From NCBI GenBank assembly GCA_030141605.1, contig JAQGDQ010000194.1, forward strand, positions 186,001-250,000: a stretch of 64,000 nt of DNA, read 5' to 3'. Every line of letters begins with the position of its first letter. The stretch's first letter is position 1. The DNA comes from Tubiluchus corallicola (lineage: Eukaryota; Animalia; Priapulida). Shown piece after piece: positions 54,432-64,000 of this stretch. The notes beneath the pieces are model-generated. The model ran no database searches. It was given only the letters and a program-made list of their open reading frames with translations, and was not told where the DNA came from. The translations under genes were made by a program, and so were the position numbers.

Positions 54432-56149
54432 AGGCCTAGGCCACACAAAAGATAATAATTTGAATGATAATGAAGATATATTGTGAACAAAATGCACGTA
54501 TTCCATGCCTGCGCTAATACTTTAATGAAGAACTTTAGTAATTATTCTGCTAACGTTCAAAAATCACTGTTATGCCTTCAAGAAAAACTCAGTGTGTCAT
54601 AAAGTAATGGTAGAAAGAAACTTTGTAAACTCAAGTAATATTGCAGTGCATCTCATATGTGTCTCTCTTTATCTCTTCTACATTTTATGCTTATTAATTC
54701 AACTGTTTTTATTTGTCTCCTTACTAGAATTTGCTATCTAGCAATACTCTGATAGTAAGTTTGATTAATGGGGCAGATAACTGAAAAAATGAAAGTATTT
54801 TTCTACAGTATACTTTCAGACCAGATGGATCATTTTGAGAGACCAATTTGAGAGATGCTTCTGGTGGCCTCAAACTTGAAAGTCGTGGCGTCGCATGAAA
54901 TTCGTGGAGTGAACATGTCTAACATAACTATAATCATTCATATTATCTTATAAACATAATACAAAAACTCCCAATCATTAAATTGTATCTTACAAAATGA
55001 CACCACACAGGGACAAGGTGAAAGTTCTGTTGATATTCAATAAAGTTACCACCATCGGGAAGATTTGCATTTGCAAATTACTTTATCTACAGCGTAATTA
55101 ATGCAATTTCATGATTATAAGAAGGTTGACAAAAATGTCAGAGTAATAATCTATTGGTGAAGTAATTGCAACACAAATATTTAATTTTAGTAACATTTTT
55201 TGAAGAGACAAAAAGAGCATTGCATTTGAGTTCTGCTTCAGTGCATTTAAATCACCCAGTTGAGCAATTCTTGCTGCTGCAATGTACGAGTTCGTAGCAA
55301 GATTGAGATGTCTGGGGAAGTCATATTTCTTTCTACGTCATTACTTGGCAGCTGTTGAACAAGGTCGGCGAAATTGATCCAAATGTTACTTGCAAACTGG
55401 CACACTTAGTATTTTCATGTAGGGCTGCATTTAAAGAAGGAAAATTTTGTATTGTTCTTAACTTTGTGGTAAAGAGCTCTTTTCTCGCTTGTATTGATAC
55501 TGAGCATATCATTTCTCATACATGAAATGACAAATCTGTCAATCAGACACCGTTTTTTATACGTATTATATTCACTGCTCAACTCCTCAAAGCCCTAGTA
55601 ACCTTGGGATTGCTGTGCCATAGGTTCTGTGCTTTCTTCTTCGCCTTTCCGCAAGATGCAGATATTGTAATATAGCCTATAAATGCACGAACAATGGGTA
55701 ACATAACAGATTTTGGTGCCCATTGCTTGAGCAATTTGATGTGCAATTATCAAACAAAAATTTAACCATGTTCTAAGTGCCACTGAGATTTTCCCAATAT
55801 TGAAAATGTTTACATAAGGCACATAATAATTACATCAGTATTTACTGTCCTTATCTGCTGTACCTCTCTTATGTATGAAAATAAGAGTTTCTGCTTCTGC
55901 TTCTTTCTGGGAGCATAATGTCTGGTCTATCACTACCTAGTAAGAGTTACTATTCACTCTGACAGAAATGTGAAGAGTCCATTCTTCTCACATAAGTTCA
56001 TAATTTTACAACAAAAAGATGTGCAATTACATGCTATACATTTTACATGTGTATTTAATAACCAGTATAGCTAGCTGTGCAATATTAAGGCAAATACATG
56101 AAGCATCACATAACACTTGTAAAATAACAGAGTTACTAGAGTAAATTAC

Positions 56150-56359
56150 CTTGCAATTCATCTACCGAACAACAGAAATAAAAGTCTTTCTTCTCTGTGG
56201 GGACACCATCGGCAGGTTTATCTGTAGTTATCACATTACAGACGTATCCTTTTGGGCAATAATCATTATTTTGGCACATGCGAAAGCCAGTTTTTGACTG
56301 CAGATCAGGCAAGCGTAAAGAACCTGTCCCACACATATGAAGCGTATCAGGCAGTGTCT
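56150..56359 (-). CDS. Exon 1 (first found): Lustrin/WR1-type cysteine-rich domain
   Basis: Acceptor TTTTTAG, donor G|GTAATT, 210 nt, phase 1-1. TLPDTLHMCGTGSLRLPDLQSKTGFRMCQNNDYCPKGYVCNVITTDKPADGVPTEKKDFYFCCSVDELQ. Confidence 0.85.
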
Positions 56360-56884
56360 CTAAAAATAAGAAACATGATTTTGATTAACATGGCTTCAAT
56401 TGTTATCTTCTGAATTTTTTTTAAAATTGAACATACATTGCGAAAGCACTGAAACAAAACAGGTGCGAAACTGGATCGAAAAAGGTAAAGAATACTGTTT
56501 ATGTTGTTTATTGGGGCAGTGTGGTTAGCTTTTACTCAACTGATTTTCAGGCAAATGACAATTTTGTTATGTGTTTTTTTTAGTTATCATATTTAATTTT
56601 TTCCTTCAGTAACAAAAATTACATGCTATTTTTGTACACAGAATTATTAGCAGATAAACTCCCATCAAACTCGAAGATGTACAAAACTTTGCAATAAACG
56701 AAACATATCCACAAGAACTGCAGCAAACAGATTATAAAATGGGAGGGTGATGACAAATTTTTGGAGAACTTCATGCCATTTAGGTAATTAGGTGTAGGTG
56801 TAAGTTTTCACCAGCCAATTTCTGTGGTTGTTATCGTGACCAAATGATGTGAGCACAAGATTTGCACAATTATTAGACGGTTGA

Positions 56885-59620
56885 TATAAGATAAGAATTT
56901 ATCTTGCCATGAAGTAATCGTATTACATGATCAAGTGGTTCACCATAATGAAAAAAATAAATAAATTGAATACCAAACCCGAATGTTCATTAGATAATAA
57001 CGAACTGGATCTTGAATAGTGTTCTTTAAAATTTCAAGTTTTCCTAACGTGAAATTTCTTACGATTATTGTAGTTAATTGTAGACACACTACAGAGGATC
57101 TCTCAAATATGCACTGTCATTGTACAGTGTACATTGACACATACGTGCCACTGATTTAAACATTGTTTTGCCACAACCTTATCGTTTTAGTACTTCAATT
57201 AGAACACCTTTTAACCTTGTCATACGCTTTTTGAAAGACAACAAAAAGTACATACAACAGTTTTTTATTACCTTTCTTGGCACCATCGATTAATATCCTC
57301 AAAGCAAGGATTTGTTTTAAAAAGTAACTACCAAGTTGTACACCTGTTTGCTTACAATCTTTCATTAAAAAGGGAATCAAAAATTTTACATGGACACTGA
57401 ACTATACTAATTAGGTGATAATTTGTGTATAATCCATCATTGCCTTTTCTTGACCAAACTATGAATTTTTCTAAGCCCCATTCTTCTGGAAATGGTCCTT
57501 CGAAAAACGCTGCATTAAGAATCATTATAAGAATCATCAAACACTGCATTAAGGTATTTGAGGCAAGCCGTTTGTAAGCCATCTGGCCCTGCTCCTTTGG
57601 TTTTTGATTACAGATGATGCTAACTACCGCCCTAGTAATAAAGGGGTCGCCAAGAAATAGTAGATACAAGTTATGATCATCCAACAGACAAATATAATTT
57701 GGCTCATAATCTAAGGTATTTATTAGTTGCTCAAAGTGCAAACAAAAATCTCTGTCGAAAGAACGATTAGTAAGGATTCTGCTTACGTACTAGTTTACCT
57801 TTAAAATTAATCACGTGCCAAATTGACTTTTCATTCCTTCTAACTAACAAAGTGGACCACCTATCGTTGACTTGGTGGTGATTCATCATACAGGTGTGCT
57901 ACATGTTTTGGATAAATTTTGGAATGTGCTTAACCGAAGGTTTAATTCTGTTTACTGCTGTTATAACGTTCTCAAATATATCTCTAAACTAGATATTGCT
58001 GTAACATTAGTATGCGGGAAGGGGTTGCTACCAATCACCCCTCCTTTCATAATATCCTATAACCTGTCAATACATAACATGATCTTGGAAAGTGCAAGGC
58101 ACAGATATCCAACAGTATAGTGGAACTCTGGAGTGAGCTACGTCCACGGAATATTTCCTATGTCCTTGTCCTCTCTGGGGAAGAGTTAACTGATAAGTAG
58201 ACATGTTGTTTTCTCTTATTACTTTGTCATTTTTGTTATTGTTAACTGCCCTATGTGAAATTGTTATTGATAGGTGTGACAATATGATGTCTGATTTATC
58301 AAAGCGAACTAAATAGTAAAAATAATCATGATCTTTTCGTATATCTCGTATGAGATTTTGTTGTTGGAATACTTGAAATCAATGTAAGTCATTGTCAACA
58401 TGGAAAACCATAATGCCTAAGTAGACCCCCGGAAAACGTAACATCAATCCTTAGACTTGCTGGTTTTTCAAGTGAACCCTTCGACATTGTAACTTCTTTA
58501 AAAAAAGACAGATTAATTACACCTGTGTCGTTGATTTTCTGGTTCATATGCCGTGCTGTCCTCTGTAAAATTGCAGGACAACAACTGCCGACGTATGTTG
58601 CACAACCCTTTTATTGTGCGTAAAAGATGTACGTGACAGGTTAGTCAGATATATGAATTAATTTGGGAGGTAAACAGCCGTCAAATTTGGTTCATTATGG
58701 GAATACTGTTAATTTTGCTTGAAATGTTGATTTATTGTTATCTGCTTGAAATTATAGATATGATTGTTGTGGTCAGAATTATTCCTATTTGAGCCAATAA
58801 ACTTATGTGTCGATTATTTGTCTAATATGCACAGAGTTTACAGTGCAATTACTGTCAGATAAAGTTGCATTTTTCAATCAGCTGTTTTGATAAGGAATTT
58901 GCAGTCAAACAGTGTGACCCAGATAACATTAGCTGGTCACATTCAGATAAATTTGGGTTTATATACTGCTGCATGTAAAACGGGTATCTGGTAAATGAAA
59001 ATTTCATTGCTCTTAATTGTGCTTTAACGACAGTAAAGCGTTTAACATTACCCTGTTGATACAAAGTTTTTTATTGGAGCAAGGTGACTTAATGCTTATT
59101 TAGCTGAAATAGAATTGCAAACCCTGCTCATTTTTTGAGATAAATTAATGTACCAATGGATGCTTTCACGCATGAAGAATTAAACAGTAAACCTTCACTG
59201 AGTTAAAGAGAATTCGTAAAGCGCTAAATACTAAAGTTGGACAGCTTACAAAGCAAGAGTTAATTAATGAAATTTTAGTGACTCAACTCCAACATGATAC
59301 ACACATTTATTTCTCTTAGCAAATTGCTCAAGCAAAATCTGACACATGTGGTACAGATGGTGATAAATGACCAACTCACTTGTCTGACCCTTTACGTAAC
59401 GGTGATGCGGAAAAAGTGGAAGCACGAATTGATAAACAAACAAATACTAGCACTGGTGGCGCTGCTGCAGTTCATGGCGCACGTAAATTTGATAGTCTCT
59501 CGTACGTTTTGTACAAAAGTAGATTTTATATTCTGACAAAATAATTTTGGACCTCGTATGCAGTTTACATTTATAGTGTTAGATCGTCTGCACACTGGCA
59601 AGCTGTTCATTTTACCGGCA
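56885..59620 (-). mobile_element. Heavily decayed LINE, probably related to the 14050-17150 element
   Basis: ORF 57195-57380 (QILALRILID...LYVLFVVFQKAYDKV) and ORF 57352-57741 (FPEEW...KG......NY.LISI) are RT-region remnants. Boundaries are approximate. Confidence 0.6.
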
Positions 59621-59681
59621 GTCTGTATAATTTTGCCAAATTGATGATATTGCGGAGGCTTCGTTCAAGTTTTCCCGCCAT

Positions 59682-62600
59682 TTGGAGCTTCACAAAGGAA
59701 TTCGGGTTACCGGTAAACACAGACATACTCGAGCGTACAGAATGACTTCGACAAGCGATCACAACATTACCCTGGATGAGTTTCGACTGTTAAACCCAAA
59801 ACAAAGAGAAAAAGTCAATAAAAGTGAATTACTGAGGCTACTATCAGAATCAGAAATGAAACCGCAAGCAGAGTCAGGTTTCGAGGACAGCAGTAAAGGC
59901 ACTGATCTAGAAAGTCAAGCAGCTATGGAAGCAAGGATTATTCAACAGGTTAGATTATTAATTTTTCAATTATCCAAGGCAATCTCTGAAGTAAAGCAGC
60001 TCACAGATCAAGTTAAATCTAGCCAGGACTTTATAAGCAGCAAATTTGACCAATTTAAAATGGAGACAGATGCTTTAAAAAGACCACCAATGATCTTACT
60101 AAAAAATTAAACGACCTAGAGAGAAAGCAGGATGATTTAGAACAGTATGGGCGACGGGACACCCTCGTCCCTACCTGTCAAGTAGGTCAAGCCCTCAAGG
60201 TGAACATCTGTAAAGAGGACATCTCGATCTCCCAGCGATTGCCACGAAAAGAAAGTGCTACAAGACCACCTCAGATCATTGTGAAATTTATAAAACGGAA
60301 AGTAAGAGACTGTTTGTGGCAAAACAAACCCAAGAGAAATGGATCTCTTAAGGCTAGTGATTTAGGGTATGTTTCACATAATCTTGTGTACATTAGTGAA
60401 AGTTTAACTAATCCTAGACGTGTATTACTTAACAAATGACTCGAACTAAAAACAAACAAAGTAATCTTGTATGTTTCATCATCTGAACCCTTCCCTGTAA
60501 ACAATTTTGATGATGTAGATAAATTAAAACATTAATCACTTCTTCACTCGTTTCAATTAATATCCCATTGTAATGGTTAGCTTTAATTGTACTAAGTGTA
60601 ATAAAACTTGCAAAGCAAATCAAAACACAATTCAATGTGATGTGTGTTCCCTCTGGTCACATCTAAAGTGTACAATGTTGTCTCATCAAGATTTTGTAAA
60701 CTTAGCAAGTTCTAATGACAGTTACTTCTGCCAGCAATGCATTAATGATGTGCTTCCTTTGCAATTCATTGATGATGATGAATTTATGGAAATGACTAAT
60801 CACTATCAATTTTCTACTTTTGTAAAAGATTTATCTTGCTTTTCATCAATTTATGACTCTTCTTCGCTAGTCCACTGTAATAGAGATGATACAGACATCG
60901 ACAATTATAGACTTCAGTATGACAGCAAATACATTAATCTTGCAAATCCGAGTAGTGATAAATCCACAGATAAAGCAAACAATGACACATTTATAATACA
61001 CTTTAACACATCAACTTTGAGGAAATACTATTCAGACATGACTGATACATTAACACAATTTCAAAAAATGCCTGAGTTAATAGCGATCTCGGAAACCAGA
61101 ATTCACGAATCTGACACTTTTTTATGTAACATTCCAGGATATTCTTTCTTACACTATGATTCCAATACAGCTGCTGGTGGCATAGGTTTGTATGTAAAAT
61201 CTAGCCCCAATTTTAAAATTAAACCTGAATACAAAATAAGAACTTGTAAAAATGTTATTGTTAATGGGATTAGTACAACTAGTAGACTAGCACTTGAGGA
61301 CCTGTGGCTTGAAATTGCTTCCACCGATAACAAAAAATCTTTTATATTTGGAGTAATATATAGGCATCCAAACACCCCAGTCGAATATTTTCATGACGAA
61401 TTAGAATCAGTTCTTTGCACTATTAACTCCACAGGCAAACCAGCTTATATATGTGGAGACAATATAGATTTATATCAACATGATAACAAACCATTTATTA
61501 ATAAGTGTCTCAACATGCTCTTCTCAAATCAATTTACACCAGTTATCACGCGACCAACTAGAATTACTGCAACGTCATACACCCTAATTGATCATATGTA
61601 TACTAATAATCTTTCTACACCCATCACATATGGCATCATTACTAACCCCATTGCGGACCACTTGCCAATATTTGCCATTATAAGAAATACTAACCTCCTG
61701 CACAACAACATTAAAAAATCAGTCAGATGTACGAGATCATTCAATCAAGGTAACTTTTTAAGCGAGCTTCAAGTTAATATAAGTAACCTAACACTGAATG
61801 ATAGCGAAGCAGACATACACTCTTACTGCTTACAATTCATGGACTTGTTTAAAACAATACTTGACAAACATGCCGTACTCAAAACGTTATCAAGGAAAAA
61901 CTCCTAAACTATAGCTAAACCATGGATCACTCCCGGCATTCTCAATTCTGTTAAAACAAGAAGCCGTATGTATACAACACACAAGTTATCCAACTTGCTG
62001 TATAAGCAGAATTTATATAAAACATATTCTAACAAACTTAATCACATCAACCATACATCCAAAAATAAGTATTACTCTCAGATCTTGCTTGCAAACAAAA
62101 ATAACATGAAACAAACTTGGCGCACTATCAATGAACTTCTCAAAATTAAAAAAAGACAGCTAGTATAATTCCAACTAAAGTTCGTTACCAAGACACAACT
62201 TCATGTGACCCGCACCATAAAGCTAATGCTTTTAACAATTTTTTTGCAAACATTGGTATGTCACTGGCATCACGCATAATACAACCCGAAAACTGTAAGT
62301 ATACAGACTATTTAATGCATCCCCAAGAAAATGCTTTCTATATCACACCAGTTAGCGAAATCGAGATTTCCCTCTATTGATAGACTAGATATGACATCCC
62401 GATTACATATTTCAAAATGTCAAAAAACATAATTTTAACTCCGCTTACAAATCTATTTAATGCGTCAATTCTGACCGGGGCATTCCCCGACACTTTAAAA
62501 CTGGCAAAAGTAATCCCCATATATAAAAAAGATGATCCAAATGAGCTGAACAACTACCGACCCATCTCACTCATATCACCCATTGCCAAAATTTTTGAGT

Positions 62601-64000
62601 CAATCTTATATAAACGCCTGATGACATATCTAATCAAAAATGATACAATATCGTGTTTTCAATTCGGTTTCCGCAAAAATCATTCCACAATATTAGCAAC
62701 TGCTGAAATCATAGACAAACTTAGACAATAAATTACTTACCTGCGGCATCTTTCTTGATTTAACAAAAGCTTTTGACACCGTTCAACACGCCATTTTACT
62801 CAACAAAATGGACTATTATGGAATCGCGCAAAAACTATTCCAGTCATATCTTACGAACAGACACCAATTTACGGTAGTTGACAATTTTGCCTCCGACCTA
62901 TGCCCAATACAATGTGGTGTACCTCAAGGATCCACCTTGGGTCCACTTCTTTTCCTGATATATATAAATGACCTCCCTCTTTGTACTAACATGCAAACAT
63001 GACTTTTTGCTGATGACACTAACCTCTTCTTAGCAGACAACGACACGCATAATCTGGAGCTTAGAAGTAATGAAGAACTGATCAAAATTAACACACAGAT
63101 GCGTACAAATAAGTTAACAGTAAACTATAATAAAACAAAATTTATGATCATAGGAAATAAATTTGAAAACAATGAAAACTCCATTATAACAGTATCCATG
63201 CAAGACTGTTTATTAGAACAAGTATCAGACATAAAATATCTGGGCGTCTACATAGATGACACCCTTAATTGGTCAACACACATAAAAAATATTACCTAAA
63301 AGGAAGCAAAGTTACAGGTACATTTTTTTAATTGAGGCATTACTTGAGCACGGATATACTAAAAATGATTTACTTTGCCATTGTGTACCCACACATTAAC
63401 TATTGTATCTTATCGTGGGGCACAGCAAAAAAATCTGTTCTGAAACCACTTACAGCAGCACATAACAAAATTATCAAAGCAATGACTTTTGCTGGCTTCC
63501 GAGATCATGCTACCCCTTCCTATTATGCTTTGCAATTATTAAAAATTAATGAAATTTATAAGCTTGAGTTAGCGAAATTCATGTTCAACTATAAAAAGGG
63601 CATTCTACCTAAATTATACGGCAATTATTTCAAAAAGATTAGTGACATTTACCAGTATTCTACGAGAGCAGCTACCAAACAAAACTATTTTCAGGAAAGA
63701 TTTAACACAACAAAAGGTCTACAAACTTTAAAACATAATGGTACAATACTATGGAATACTCTTTCAGATGATCTTAAGCAATCAACTAGTATCTGTCACT
63801 TAAGTAAACTATATAAATGTCAACTCTTACAAACTTATTACTGAGATTAACTACATATAAGCGTGCAGTATTTTCTAACAACTTTTATTCCTTTTGCCCA
63901 CTAATAAATTGTCTAACTGCGTGCAAGAGCAGTTACTGTTATAGCAGGTTCAATTAACTTCAATATTTAATTGTTTATTGTCTAACTTCTGTAGATTATT
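59682..64000 (+). mobile_element. Near full-length CR1/L2-group LINE, inactivated (ORF1 + PHD-endonuclease-RT ORF2)
   Basis: ORF1 remnants at 59682-60439 (coiled coil, LEQYGRRD, IIVKF, VYISESLT). ORF2 from 60573 has a PHD finger (CTKC...IQCDVCSLWSHLKC...YFCQQC), AP endonuclease motifs (ISETRI, GVIYRHP, TLIDH, DHLPIF) and RT motifs (NYRPISL, DLTKAFDTV, GVPQGSTLGPLLF, FADD). Multiple stops and frameshifts. Confidence 0.93.

Overview
AT-rich, intron-rich eukaryotic DNA, most likely from an invertebrate animal (the taxon cannot be determined from sequence alone). The main feature is a minus-strand multi-exon gene spanning at least 56359 to 8676. I reconstructed it by hand as 13 exons (2124 nt, about 708 codons, no stop codons at the junctions). 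It encodes a mosaic cysteine-rich, probable protease-inhibitor protein with the order Lustrin/WR1 - Kazal - WAP - thyroglobulin-1 (TY) - antistasin - follistatin-N-like - WAP - Lustrin/WR1 - Kazal - WAP - TY - WAP - TY. Almost every exon is one domain bounded by phase-1 introns. The start and stop exons were not identified. Introns and flanks are filled with transposons: a non-autonomous Helitron family (head-to-tail trimer, terminator read-through variant, GT-rich satellite cargo), a GC-rich pogo/Tigger element nested in a Helitron head, a Tc2/pogo-like MITE, a hAT-Charlie relic with an internal 186-bp tandem array, several decayed LINEs (CR1/L2-like, RTE-like, others) and microsatellites. 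No rRNA, bona fide tRNA or CRISPR array was seen.
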